Shown: positions 25,640 through 37,776, counted from the stretch's first letter. The stretch is 64,000 nucleotides of DNA from Oculina patagonica (GCF_052425735.1 NC_135763.1:17374298-17438297); one strand, 5' to 3'. Notes: generated by a model not told the origin, from the sequence alone. Program-made: numbers and translations.

Positions 25640-26583
25640 ACTAGCTATTCGCTGAAACTGACTGGACCATAAATCATTTTCGCCTTTAACGATCAGCAGC
25701 TGCAATTCGTCGTGCACTAAACACCCTGGGAGCTTTAGCAATTCGGATACGGAGGAATACTTAGTCATTTCACTGCCAGGTAAACGAGTGTTTTGTCAGG
25801 TAGAAACGTTCGGTCTTCAACCCCCAACACTGATTTCCGTTGGCAATTTGCTTTTTAGATAGCGATTGCAATTGTTGCCTCTAAAGCAGGTACTTGTTTT
25901 AGAAACGACACAGAAAAGTCATTTTGAACACCGAGTTGTGGCATTTTCTAACTTTTGGCAAATAATGAACTGAATTTTTGGTTTGTCTCCTTAACGTGTG
26001 TTTTGCCAAAAGAACTGAAAGATAAACTTGGCAAAATGTTAATAAAACCAACGCAAACCTTACGTTGTATAAATATTGTTGTTAACACTACTTATCTCTT
26101 TTATTAAAGGGACCGTGTCACGGATTTTAGACAAACTTAGGCATAGGAAATGACCACCAAATTCGTTTAAATATATAAAATAACATCTTAAAACAGTGAA
26201 GGAATATTTAAATCACACACCAAATGCAAAAGAAGGCACGGAGGCCAAAAGTGACGAAGATTGAAACAGATTGCGATATGGGTTTTTGAAAAGTGATCCG
26301 GCGGAACAGTTTTCAAAGTTAATCTTGTTTGCTTGTAACTTTAAATTACAACGCCGGGAAACATATTTGGTGCAGTGAAGCTATGATTTTGTCATTTAGA
26401 ATCATACAATTATTTTTTTGCAAACATTTAGTTTCATAGCGGGTGTATTTAATAACATAAAATTAACTTAGCCGTGACACAGTCCCTTTAATGTAACAGA
26501 AAACCGAGAACTAGTCAACATGGCACAATATCTGCTGTTTTGGCTGTTGTTATCGTTATCTAGCGTGGATTCCAGCGTCGACA
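25640..26583 (+). pseudogene. Partial duplicate of the LGR 5' flank plus the start of exon 1 (equivalent to 18725-19273, about 90% identical). It is interrupted by a 380-bp MITE and diverges right after ...SSVDT. It is a pseudo first exon inside intron 2.
   Basis: Alignable directly. The motif atggcacaatatctgctgttttggctgttgttatcgttatctagcgtggattccagcgtcgacaca is present at both 19205 and 26520. Confidence 0.7.
26108..26487. mobile_element. TTAA-flanked MITE (about 380 bp, TIR AGGGACCGTGTCACGG...CCGTGACACAGTCCCT) inserted into the duplicated LGR 5' copy. The empty site is visible in the original (ttattaa|tgta at about 19165).
   Basis: TSD TTAA at 26104-07 and 26488-91. The original locus has a single TTAA. 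Confidence 0.7.
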
Positions 26584-27021
26584 CACAAAATTCACAATTT
26601 TTCCAAAATGCCAGAAAATAAATAAAAATGTGCTTTAAATCCGTGAAAATAATTCCATTTAAGTTGATTTTTATTAACAGAGACACGCAAAATTACAAAT
26701 TTGGGAAAACATGCCTGTCAAAATGCCGTTGCCATGGTGATGTCAAGTTCCTGACACATCATCCAACCCTACCAAATTGTTGCCAGATAAATTTGAGGAA
26801 AACTCAGAAAGTTTGGCAGCGTTTGGTTAAATCTTAAAAAGTTATAAAAGTTCAAAGTCAACGCAGGCCTCAAAAGCCCCACCCCCCCGGTCTGAATAGG
26901 GTTAAATGTTATAAATATAGTCACGAACGGAAACAAATTCTTCAATTTCTGTCATCCCAGTTATCGTTGCTACTATTAAGAAAGAATTTTGTTTTTCATG
27001 TATTTTTCTTTTTTCTACCAG

Positions 27022-27096
27022 AATTTTGGATGGAAATGAATTACACAATCTGACATCCGAAGGACTGTTGGCTGATTTATCCTTCCTACAATATCT
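27022..27096 (+). CDS. LGR-like GPCR exon 3, a 75-nt LRR exon (LILDGNELHNLTSEGLLADLSFLQY).
   Basis: The acceptor is ttttttctaccag| and the donor is ct|gtaagt, both phase 2. An LRR motif is present. Confidence 0.7.
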
Positions 27097-27420
27097 GTAA
27101 GTGTTTAGATTGCAATAATTGTGTATAATGTTGCCACCTCTCTACGTCTCTTTTTTAAAGTACATCTCGCGCTTTGCAAAACACATAATTGTTGGAAAAT
27201 TGACAAAAACCTTCATCTTTGAGACTGTTCATGCACACTTTAAAGTTTGCTTCGAAAAGCAGTGAGAATATAAAATGCTCAATAAACGCAATGATGTGTC
27301 ATTCAGATTGCCCGTGCTCAGAAATTCCACCCAGCTATCCACTTAAAAAGATTTCGGGAAAGATAAAAAAGATGGACACATATAGGTGAACTTCATACTC
27401 AAGATAAATTTTACTATTAA

Positions 27421-29451
27421 AGTGCCTATGAAGTAAAAAACTTTTTTGCTTTTTTTGGTAGCTTATTATTGTACTTTCCGAAAAGCTAAAAAAAGAATAA
27501 TGTCAAAAGAGAGAAATCGGACTTTTTGCCGTCTAAAGTGCCCTCGGTAAGACAAAACAGTGGGTCCGGAGACTGGACACGATGGCCGAAGACGTAGTTA
27601 GTGGTTCCACGGATCAGTTTACACTTAATTTTATTGATACACAGTGAAGTTCACTACTTCAGCGAGATTGTTACTGCTTTTCGTTGATAAATCGAAATCT
27701 TGTCCGAAAAGAACGATATGTTGCCATCTCGGACTTGGCTGAGTGAGTTTCTAGCAGAAAAGAACGAAACGATCGTACACTAAATGGACTGAAGTAGTTA
27801 GTTGGACCTGTCCAACCGCCGCAAGCCGAATAAGCGCTCTTTCACACAAGCGCTGGTTGACGAGGATGATCGAATTTGGCAAAGCAGATAAAGAGAAATT
27901 CTATAAAAAATGAATAACTAGAATTTTATTTTTCCAAAAGCACATACATCGACGGGCTTTGATTTTGTGACTGGTTTCGCAGTGTCGCAATGGGCTTCGG
28001 AATTGACACGAGCGCTGCTTGCCGCGCCGGGGTTGCTTGCTTGTCGAATGTGTAAATTCAGGTTACGGTACGCCTATCCCGGTGGTTATTCGGTATTATA
28101 TCACGATTTAGTGATTTTAATACAAGTAGCGATCAGTTGCTCGCTTTCATTTTGATTGTGTTCTTGTGTGGGAAAGTACAGTGGACTGACATATTTCTCC
28201 GAAGCATGAGAGTGACATAATTAAACTTGACAACACGGCAAGATAACACTTCTTCAAACTCAAGGTTAGCACTTTTTGACTTGATCGAAACCAAAAATTT
28301 CCTCTTCAAGAATAAACAGAACTGCAGTTGTTGCTCTTTATGGTTCGTTAGCTCTACGGTATATTTTCAACCGTCTTTATTTGGATACGATAAATCCTGA
28401 TTACAGTGCGTGTTTATCGGCAAATATAAATTCCGGTGAAGGCAGCCGTAAAATTTGTCCTAGATTTTGCAAGATCTCAGTGTATTGTTTAAAAGTTCAT
28501 TCGCCATAGAATACCGGAAATGCAGACGTGAATGACAAAATTCGAAGCGCGCTACTTGAAAACAAACAAGCATTTCTAACTCACTCAAGTCGAATTTTAT
28601 ACATTCCATACTTTTGCTTCTTTCACAGATGCATTCGTTTGCGTCTGGCGATCGATCGTTTCAAGTGTTTGGGAAAGGAAACGACTGCTACCTTATGAAT
28701 GATAAAACGATCTACTAACCATACAAATTACATTTTGAGGAACGAAGTCTCATAATAAAAGAATAACACGTATACTGTACCCAGCTGTGTAACATATAGA
28801 CTTTCAATAAAGTCCTTCGTCTTGTTTATTATGGCGCGCCGGGAAACTCCGGGCGCGACTGCTAAATCTTTCTTTCGGCTAGTCAGGGCAGAATGAGAAA
28901 GAGACCGCCATATCCTTTACAGAGGTAACTCTTTTAATAAATTTCCTCCTCGCTTCATGACTTGATCGTTTCATTTGTGGCAAGGAAGAGCTTGTGCTGA
29001 GAACATCGATCCTTGAACTGCCGACGGAACAGAATTCGTTTCTTCTTGCGTTTTCATCAGAAGTGAACGAATAGCTTTACGATACACATGGAAATCTGCT
29101 TCCATTTACTCTGCTAAGCTTCACCAAAGGAAATAAGTGTATTTGTTGCAGTTTCGTTTGCGCAATTGCCTTAGTTTGACTCAAAAGCCGAAATATAGCT
29201 TTCGCCAGCCCTCTTTGCTCTCTTTACGCCATAATCCTGGTGTCTTTAGAACCACTAAGTACGTCATTTCCGGTGAAACCGGAGCGTTTGGCCGCGCGCG
29301 AGAAGGACCCACTTCAAATTGCGAAATCCAAACTTCGAGGCTAAAAAAATACTAGAAAAAAGCGCTTTTGATCTCTTAAACACGCATATTCGTGCTAACT
29401 AAGACATAAACAAGCAAATTGAGCAAAATTATTTTTTACTTCATAGGCACT
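27421..29451. mobile_element. Non-autonomous DNA transposon of about 2 kb (TIR AGTGCCTATGAAGTAAAAAA) flanked by TTAA. It occupies most of LGR intron 3.
   Basis: The inverted termini are at 27421-27445 and 29427-29451, with TTAA on both sides. Only short ORFs lie inside. Confidence 0.5.
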
Positions 29452-29551
29452 TTAAGGTTATGTATTTGAATCAAATTACAAAATATCAAGCATTCATTTC
29501 AAATTACGTAATTTTGACCGCTATTAACATCACGGTTGCCTTACTTTTTAG

Positions 29552-29623
29552 TTCTGTACAAAGAAACTCCATCAGAGATGTGGACAGCAAATTCTTTGGA
29601 GGACTTTATCGGCTAAAATACTT
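29552..29623 (+). CDS. LGR-like GPCR exon 4, a 72-nt LRR exon (LSVQRNSIRDVDSKFFGGLYRLKY).
   Basis: The acceptor is ccttactttttag| and the donor is tt|gtaagt, both phase 2. An LRR motif is present. Confidence 0.7.
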
Positions 29624-30206
29624 GTAAGTATCAGGAAAACGTTTAAAAATTGTAGAAAAAGACATAACAATTGTAACGACAGATGAAAGATAATTTTAAC
29701 TTTTAAACGGAACACGAAATACAAACTGTCATTCTGTTCTGTACAAATTTCGACTTTCGTTTGTCATGTCGTCATCTTATTACTATTCAGCACCTGCAGT
29801 CACTCTACTGCTACCCAGACCACCTTTCGGTCTTGACGCGTGCACTTTTGTGCTTTTTCCGACAACCTTTCTCGAATTAGCTATAGCTGTATACGGGAGA
29901 GGCTCCTGACTGTCTTCTGGGCCCTTTGCCTTAATACAGCGCTTTCCGATGGCTCTCAACGCAGCGAGTTGTTGTTTACTGAGTTTGTTTGTTTGCCGAG
30001 TTACAAAACTGCATGGCCAGACGTCTCGTCCAACATTCTGCACCAGAACAAAGATGTTTTCGTTTTAGTGCTTTATTTATTAGTGCTTAAAAAAATTGCA
30101 AGAGCCTTCCATTGTTTACTCGTTTTTTGTTGGAGCTGTTTTGTTAAACATTTTTAGATGAAACAAATGCAATCCCTCATGAGTATTGTTATTCTTTCCT
30201 CCACAG

Positions 30207-31728
30207 AAATCTTAGCCTCAACAATGTTAAGGCATGGACTGGGAACCAGTCACAAAGTACCGAACGTCTTGAATACTTGGACATCACTGGAACAATCGAC
30301 TGGGTCCCGGATGAAAACATCCTTGTCCTTCCAAACCTCAAAGAACTCAGGGGGGTCACTTGGTGTAAATTTTGTCCCAACTGTACAGTGATCAACCCAC
30401 GAAATATTGTCAATGAGTCACAGAGAAAACAGAAGGCAGAGGAATGCCTTCGAGAGTTTAATGACATGAAGTTTCTGGAATTTGGGAAGGAGGATCCCAA
30501 AAGATTTATAAGACACCGATACTTGCCCGAATGCATGTGCGTAAAGCAATCGGAATGTGAGTTCCGCCATGTCGTGATGCCATACTTTATAAAGCATACC
30601 TCATTGCCACAGACGTTGTTTTACTTAGAGTATGCTCTAAGTCCTTTTACTATCCTTCTAAACATTGTCGTAATTGTAACAATTCTGACATCTCGCTCTT
30701 TGCGCAAGGTACCTTCATTTATCCTAATAGGTCACACGGGACTTACCGACCTCCTGACCGGTATTTACGCAATATGGGTGGCCCATGTTAACATCTCTAA
30801 CATTGATAGTGTTTTAGAAGAGGTTATGTGGGCAGGGAAAGAGCTGCAACCCTCAACTGGTCCAATCTTCATCTCTGGCCAACTGATCTCGGTTTCAATT
30901 TCATTGCTTCTTACACTTGAAAGATATCTTGCTGTTGTTTACTGTGTGAAGCCGTCCAAACGCATGACAGCGAAAAGTGCTCAAATCTCTTTGCTTTTTG
31001 CTTGGGCCATGGCTATCGCTTTTGCTGTCATGCCCGTATTTGGTGTCGGCGGTCTACATTACAACATCAAACGAGCTTGCGCTCCTTTGAGTTACGATGA
31101 GCAGTTCAAGTCAGGGTCCTCGCTGATTCTTCTGTTCTCTCTTGTTTTCATTGTGTTGCTGTATCTTGTAAATCTTCCTTTGTACTTCCAGCTTTTTAGG
31201 TTTGTTAAAAGAAGCAGTAACCAGGCTGGTGTCAAGCGAGAGATGTCTCTTGCCAGAAAAATCGCTTTTTTGGTTCTCACTAATTTCATTTTCTTTGCTA
31301 TACCCATAATCCTCATTCTTGTGTTCTCCATCTTTGCCAATCTTGACAGCAACCCGTTTGACTTTGAAGGCGATGCTTTCAAAAGCACCGTTTTCAAGAT
31401 TTCTATTGGCCAATGGCTCCCAGTCACGTGTCTGAATATCAACTCCCTATTGGACCCGTTTCTTTACGCGTTTAAACACACGCACTTTAGGCGGGAAATC
31501 AGGTGCAGATTCCATCGTCTTTCTAGAAAGGTCTTTCCATCTTTGGTTCCTTCATTGATGTTTAATTCCGTTGATGATTTTTCAGCGTCCAGTGCCCCAC
31601 GAACAAGAAAAATGTCAAGAATCGACGAGCAGTCGACCGGAAGTAAAGCCAAAAATAAAATTGTTCCTGTTGCCAACGAAGAATTGGAATTCCAAGAAAC
31701 ACATAAACAAGTCTCTAAATCAATGTAA
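30207..31728 (+). CDS. LGR-like GPCR terminal exon. It encodes 2 LRRs, an LRRCT (CKFCPNC), a cysteine-rich hinge, the 7TM rhodopsin-class domain (ERY at the TM3 end, DPFLY = NPxxY in TM7) and a C-tail of about 80 aa. The stop TAA is at 31726.
   Basis: The acceptor is ttattctttcctccacag|. A 483-aa ORF (30277-31728) runs in the same frame. Seven hydrophobic helices are visible, and E/DRY and NPxxY-type motifs are present. Confidence 0.8.
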
Positions 31729-31789
31729 GAGGACAACCTGCGACTCTGTTGAAAATCGTTGTTGGAGCTCGAGGTAAAATAATGCCAAC

Positions 31790-31866
31790 AAACCCTCCCA
31801 AATAATCCCCCCTCCCCCCCACAAAAAAAAGGACCCCCCCCCCAAAAAAACAACAACAACAACAAC

Positions 31867-31900
<34 letters not shown>

Positions 31901-31910
31901 AGAGCGCTTC
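31790..31910. repeat. Compound low-complexity microsatellite (poly-C/poly-A, then (CAA)7 and (CA)15) just downstream of the LGR stop codon.
   Basis: Read directly. Confidence 0.8.
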
Positions 31911-34039
31911 AGGTTTTTCCACTTTTCTTCTTTCACTAAAAGCGTATTTGGGACTTTCCACTATACACTAAAGACGGCACTTCTTGATTGCCTAAAACTT
32001 CAGAGAAGTAAAATAAGAGTGAAGATGTAGTGAAAAAAGTGCTAGAATGTGTAAACTGAAAATATAGCCTTAACTATAATCTCCACTACATGTAAATGAT
32101 TAAGTACAAACATAAAGTTGTAAATACATGTATTTGCAAATACTCGAAGGGGGCGTTTTGGCGTTTTAATACCTCTGAGACCACTTTACGTGTGGTCACC
32201 ACATTTCAGGAAAAGTTGACATTCTAGTAATAAAATTACTTATGAATCTAAGAATTTTTGAAGTCTGCGACTGCGGCATAATTTAAAGTGACTTGCTACT
32301 AATTAGTTTTGACACTATAAAAATCCTTAGCAATGTACTTTCAGATGTAAATGACGACAATTAAATTAAGTGCATTACAGTGCTTTTATCTGTATCATGT
32401 ACATGTGCGGCATCAGTTGTAAATAGCTGAGTAATGGCAATGAGTTTGAAAGTATTATTTGTGGTATCTTGGTTCGTTTTCACATGAAACGAGTATGGTG
32501 GTCCATTGTATGTAAAATTGTACATAAAAATATATAATCCCACAATTATAACTGATTAAAACTTAAAGAACCTCGTGTTTGTTGAGCTAACCAGTTTCAA
32601 TTAAAACTATTATGTTAATTATAGCTAGTCAAACGCCCACAAACTTTAAAAAATGTTATTTCTGACGATTGAGTGACTTTGATGAATTAATGAGACAGAA
32701 ATTAGTGTTCTGACGGCACAATTGAGAGGCTGGCGGGTTGTCATGGGATGCTAGATCAAGATGACTGACTGACTGACTAGTAGAATGACTGACTGACACA
32801 TCCTGAATATAAACACTTCACATTGAATGTCTTGTGTAGGTGTAGTTAGAATCTTTCACGGGCCAAGCTATCTCTCTTAACCTTAACGTAAGGGACCATG
32901 AGAAAAAAAATGAATCACTAGAAGATCGCGAGTTATTTAGCAAATAATGCATCGAGGAAGTGTAAACCAGTAAGGGCTGATTCGCACTAGCGGACAAGTT
33001 TGTAATGTCCTGACATTTGTGACCAAAAAAATTGTCGCGACAAGTTGTCAGAGACATCTTGAAGAAAAAAAAGGTGGAATTATTAGTACAATAGCTTCTA
33101 GTATCCTTGTATATTTCTCAGTGCGGCCGTCTTGAGCAAACATCAAATATGAAGGACCACGTGGTAAAAAATTCCAAATACAATTCGCATTTAAAGTGCG
33201 CGTGTTCTCATGCAGTGGAAAAATGAGTCGCATCAAGAAAACGTTTCCTTTTCCCACCCTTACGTTGGGAGAAACACTTCATTTAAAAACATGCTTTGCC
33301 TATCACGAAAATATTTCACGGCTGTAATATGATAGTAACATCACGGTGCATACTGCCGTGCTGGATTCACAATGCGAATTTAGAAGCCTTTATATTACCG
33401 CGCTGGCACGAGATCAATAGGGGTGGTACATTTAAGAAAAATACTACAAGAAATAAAGATTTTTTTGACAATTCAGCTTCCCTTGATGAAAAATTACCGA
33501 GATTGGCTTAGCCTTTCTCTAACGTAAACAGAAGATTAGATTTAGCTGTTATGTCAATCACTTTACTTCTTTCTATCTTGTTCTCAGTTGCGAAGCAAAG
33601 CTAAGGTTGTAGCTTTCGTTGTACTTTGATGAACAGGTTAACTTTGCTGTAACCTTGGTTCACTGCAAAAACTTCTCGCATAAATTGTAATAAGAACAAC
33701 TGGCTCGAAGATCAGTGAACGAGTAGTGATCAAGAGATATCCCCGAATAACATTTTATACACAATATATATTTATTAACTCTTTGTTAATAAAAAAATAA
33801 ATAGTTTATTAAATAGACATAATGACATTGCAAAATATTCACGTAATGCATAGAAAAAGTGTCCTAGAGAGCACTTAATTATTTACGATTACGACATTTT
33901 TGAAAGTGGTTTCAATTTTCTTGGAGTAGTGTCTGGTAAGTTACTGTGGGCTTTCGCCTCGTTTTCCGGTGGTGTTTTGGCGCTGTTAATTACAATGTAC
34001 AGCTGTGGGCAACACTCCAGGAACGAAGGAATAGTGCAA

Positions 34040-34156
34040 TTAACACCAAGTAAGGTTCTGATTGGTCCGGAAGCTTGGTTGGTCACATGGCCTGAGTAGT
34101 GATTCATTCTCTGCTGAGCCTGGACTGTCATTTTCTGGTTCATCAGTGGCTTGAAC
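34040..34156 (-). CDS. SLC35F6-like copy 1, terminal exon (VQATDEPENDSPGSAENESLLRPCDQPSFRTNQNLTWC*).
   Basis: The acceptor is tttgtgtacag|. The copy 2 equivalent (53427-53531) is conserved in this frame only (VQATDEPENDSPGSGESEPLLRG...). It has an acidic, Ser-rich tail like the human SLC35F6 C-terminus. Confidence 0.5.
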   Translation of the reverse strand, partial: VQATDEPENDSPGSAENESLLRPCDQPSFRTNQNLTWC

Positions 34157-34218
34157 CTGTACACAAATCACAAAATTTCATGCTGTACATGTATTTTCGT
34201 TATTCGCTGCTAATTTTA

Positions 34219-34609
34219 AGGGAACTGTGTTACGGATTGAAGCCAAATTTAGGCATGGGAAACGGCCATCAAATTCGGTGAATATAAACAAATAATTGCT
34301 TAAAACGGTGATAGAACGTTTCTATAACACAGAAAATACAAAAGAAGGTACGGATGGCCAAAAGTGAGGAAGATTGAAACGGATTGCGATGTGAAATGAA
34401 ATACTGTTGGGCTGAACAGTTTTCAAAGTTAATCTCGTTTGCTTGTAACTTTAAAATATAACGCCTGGGAGACGCATTTGGTTGTAATGAAGCTATGGTT
34501 TTGTTTTTTAGATCCACAGAAGTAATTTCTTTGCAAACTTTAAGTATCATAGCGAGTATTTGGCAAAACTTAATACAATAAACTTAACTCAGCCTTGACA
34601 CAGTCCCTT
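34219..34609. mobile_element. Member of the TTAA-MITE family (AAGGGAACTGTGTTACGG...CCTTGACACAGTCCCTT). It lies between SLC35F6-like copy 1 exons.
   Basis: It shares the termini and the internal sequence (about 80%) with 26108-26487. Confidence 0.5.
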
Positions 34610-34838
34610 CAAGTAACCGATCGAAATTAACAAAATCTAACCCCTGGTTACTTAAAACTGTGTAAGAGGAGGCACTGATCTTGGATTAGTTTTCTCCAGT
34701 ATTCCTATCAAAGTCAATTTAAGTAAAGTAACTAAAAACTTTTTTTTTCGTGTCTATGTATTTAGCCCTTGTGGGCTAATTGGGGACACCAATTAAAATT
34801 CCTAAAACTGTTAATACTTAGCCTAAAATTTATGTTAC

Positions 34839-34933
34839 CTGCTGTGGTGGTTCAGGCTTGGGCATCAATGGCGGAATTATTAAAAGTTCATTATAAAGAG
34901 CGTTGCCAAGCAGTAGGAAAAGGAATCCATCGA
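34839..34933 (-). CDS. SLC35F6-like copy 1 exon (DGFLFLLLGNALYNELLIIPPLMPKPEPPQQ). The donor is cag|gtaaca.
   Basis: It matches human SLC35F6 ...GFLILLIGTALYNGLHRPLLG. The acceptor is ttttttttccacag| (phase 1). Confidence 0.6.
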
Positions 34934-36111
34934 CTGTGGAAAAAAAAGTTGATTCAGGAAATGCAATTTCCACGCATAATATTAATTGAAAGTAAGAAAA
35001 GAAATGTTGGAGGTACAGCAGTAAAATGTTATAATTTAAAAATATGTACACAATTGAGAGAAAAATCAAAACGAATTGTCGAGTCCCAACTCACCATACA
35101 TATTCCGTTCTTCAAGAACCACTCCTCAAAAAAGAGTCATAAAATGACTATGCTGCAACTTTCAGTTGAACCAGTTTTGAATTGCCCGTCTCCTTGCCTT
35201 AATAGTTTTTCAGTTGCTCGTGGAAATTCACAGTATGTAAAAAACCACAGAGGATTGAAGACAACTTCTTACCTTGAAATATGCCATATTTACTGTCCCA
35301 AGCTTCACCAAAACCCTAACAACACAGACACAAGTGAACTACAACGTTAAGACAAAACAAATACACCATTGGAATAAAGTTATGACAAATTTCGGGCAAA
35401 AAACCCTTTACTCTTCACTGTATGTATCGTACATTAACGGTTTGACTGAGATTAAGGGGATTGACCAATAAAAGCGTCACTGGGGAAGTCAAAACGTTGC
35501 GTGGCTGAAAGACTAATAATTTTGCCGATTCATTTTGGCATCATGCCTCCAAAAAATAACACGGTAACTTCATATTCTATTTTTGCTTACGAAATTTTCC
35601 ATCTAAAACCTTTAGTGTGTTCGTTTAAAGTGAAAGGAACAGAAATTATGACTCCAATCTTAAGGATCAGAAAGCATCTGCACAAAATGATTTTTTGTGG
35701 GGTAGCAGTAGCTGTTATTGCAGTTTTCAGCAGTTTGATACACAAAGGGTCATTCTGTTAACCCTTTCGTCTCGTTCGCATACCTTCTTAACAAAAGAAT
35801 ATATTATTGCAGGCTCAACTGAATAACAGCCATTTGTTATGTGTATGTATTGCAGAGACCATTGACTCGCGGACAGGAGGCACTAACAAAGAGAACTCAA
35901 CTTAAAATTGAATGGAAACTATCAACATGGTGATATCGTTTGAATGCGAATGCAATTAACATTTAGGATATGTTTTGCAGTTTGATTTTATTACCGAACG
36001 ATTTGCATGCTTTGAAATCTTTGCTTCACGGGTCGTGAATCAATTCGTACAGAGACGACCACAATTATTAATTTCTTGAAGTGCCATAGTGTTAAATGGA
36101 AATACATGTAC

Positions 36112-36194
36112 CTCATGAAAGACGTAGTGCACAAAAAGGTCGACAACCCAAACAACAATGGTCCTGAGAGCATCTATTAATGTTGTGTGGACAG
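36112..36194 (-). CDS. SLC35F6-like copy 1 exon (VHTTLIDALRTIVVWVVDLFVHYVFHE).
   Basis: It matches human MVLDSLRTVVIWALSLALGWEAFH. The acceptor is ttttcag| and the donor is gag|gtacat. Confidence 0.65.
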
Positions 36195-36401
36195 CTGAAA
36201 AGGAGAGTGGTCATGATTTAATAATACAACAAACAAACAAACAAACAAACAAACAACCACACAAAAAACCAAGAAAAAAAAACAAGCAAACAGACTTGTA
36301 ACTTGTAAACCAATAGTACAAAGCACAGAATAGAACAATATAAAACTAAGAATTTTAATTTGCCTACTAAATGATTCATCAGATGCCACAACCATTCTTA
36401 C

Positions 36402-36467
36402 CCGTTAGAGACTTTGTGACTGAGAGGCCAAAGAAACTGTAAAACGAAACAGAACAGATATACAAAA
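36402..36467 (-). CDS. SLC35F6-like copy 1 exon (VLYICSVSFYSFFGLSVTKSLT).
   Basis: It matches human ISSIAFFNFAGISVTKELSA. The acceptor is tgttttgcag| (phase 1) and the donor is acg g|gtaaga. Confidence 0.6.
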
Positions 36468-36906
36468 CTGCAAAACAAGAGGTTAAAACAATAAACCAGT
36501 TGAATACATTAAAAGCACAAAAAAGAAAAAAGAGAGAATACTTAAAAAATATAAATCTTTTTTACACAGTCAAACCCATTAGGACGTAAGGATGATTAAC
36601 GAAGTTGGAAATGGATTAAAGAGTTAAAGAGTAGAAACAGAGGATTAAAGAGTGCCTACAATACCTACAATTAACTGTGTAAGCTAAATACCACGTCACT
36701 TAATAAATAAAGGTATTCATTTCAATATTACATGTAAAAATGTGGGGCTTGTGTTTTTTATGTTTTGTGTCGATTCCGTTAAAATGCTTGAAAAGCTTGT
36801 TCTACAAAATTACACTTTGAGCTTGTTCCATGGCTAAACGGCCTAAACAAATTTCTGCCAAGATGACATAAATACAAGCACACATACAAGTACTTTTTAA
36901 ACACAC

Positions 36907-37021
36907 CTGACATTCCTAACAGTTGCGAATTATTTTTGATCATCAATATTGCATCAAGACTGTTCTCGTAGCTGTGGTGGTTCTGGTCTCCTGGAATGTA
37001 GTACAGCACAGGAAGGACTAA
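36907..37021 (-). CDS. SLC35F6-like copy 1 exon (LVLPVLYYIPGDQNHHSYENSLDAILMIKNNSQLLGMS).
   Basis: It matches human LLVPMYYIPAG...LEDALDAF. The acceptor is ttatgttacag| and the donor is tca g|gtgtgt. Confidence 0.65.
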
Positions 37022-37154
37022 CTGTAACATAAAGATACAGAGATGAAAATGAACTTTTTCATGAAGAGTTAGCCAAGCCTTATGCTTCATTACATGTTGA
37101 TACAGGTATCAAGCTGTAAGCAAAAAGCTAGTTTTTGTTGTTGTTTTTATTATT

Positions 37155-37541
37155 AAAGGACTATGTCACGGCGATTTGGTAGATTTTTGGTCTAAACTGT
37201 TTTGAAATTAGTGGTAGGCAACTTAACTCATGAAAATCATTATCTTTGAACATCTAAAAGAAGATATAACCATAACTTGCAGATAGAAATCAAGCCATGG
37301 CTTTAAATATCGATATTTTGAAGACGCGCGGAAAGAACGTGAAAAGTTAAAGCCTTAATTTTTCAAATTGCAATCCATTTCCATCCAAGCCATTAGCAGC
37401 CAAAGACGCTTGTTAACAGTTTCAGTGCTCTAATATAGCAATTTTTGATAAAATTGGACCATTATTTTAAGGTTTCCTACAAAACAAATAAAAATAGGGG
37501 CTGTTTAAGAATCTGTTACAATTCGTGACAAAGCCCCTTTA
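37155..37541. mobile_element. Member of the TTAA-MITE family (AGGACTATGTCACGG...CGTGACAAAGCCCCT) with TTAA on both sides.
   Basis: TTAA at 37151-54 and 37542-45. It shares the internal block taaaattggaccattatt with 60650. Confidence 0.5.
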
Positions 37542-37731
37542 ATACGGACATAATTAAATAAGAGAAAGGAGAAAGGAAGATAACGATTAATTGCAGGGAT
37601 TTTTTTTTTAAAGTGAGACATTCAACTTTTCCAACATGCGAGACTCTTAAACATTATGACATGCCATGATAGATTCGTTACACTATAAAAAGCACCAAAA
37701 TGATCTATCCAAAGGTAAACGAAATACTTAC

Positions 37732-37776
37732 AAAACTCATGAAAATGATTCCAAAGAAACCTTCCACTCCAACAAC
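37732..37776 (-). CDS. SLC35F6-like copy 1 exon of 45 nt (VVGVEGFFGIIFMSF).
   Basis: It matches human AVGTEGLFGFVILSL. The acceptor is gtcataatag| and the donor is ttt|gtaagt. Confidence 0.6.

Noticed and set aside
30189-30536. 115-aa ORF on the - strand overlapping the LGR last exon, and other antisense ORFs (31092-31442, 31111-31413)
   Set aside because: They are antisense to a well-supported 7TM coding exon and have low-complexity composition. These are reverse-frame artefacts.
31464-31961. 165-aa and 73-aa ORFs rich in C, G and V runs
   Set aside because: They are translations of the poly-C/(CA)n/(CAA)n microsatellite. They are not coding.
34769-35350. 193-aa + strand ORF (MWANWGHQLKF...)
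   Set aside because: It lies opposite the SLC35F6-like exon at 34839-34933. It is lysine-rich, has low complexity and is not conserved in copy 2, so it is spurious.
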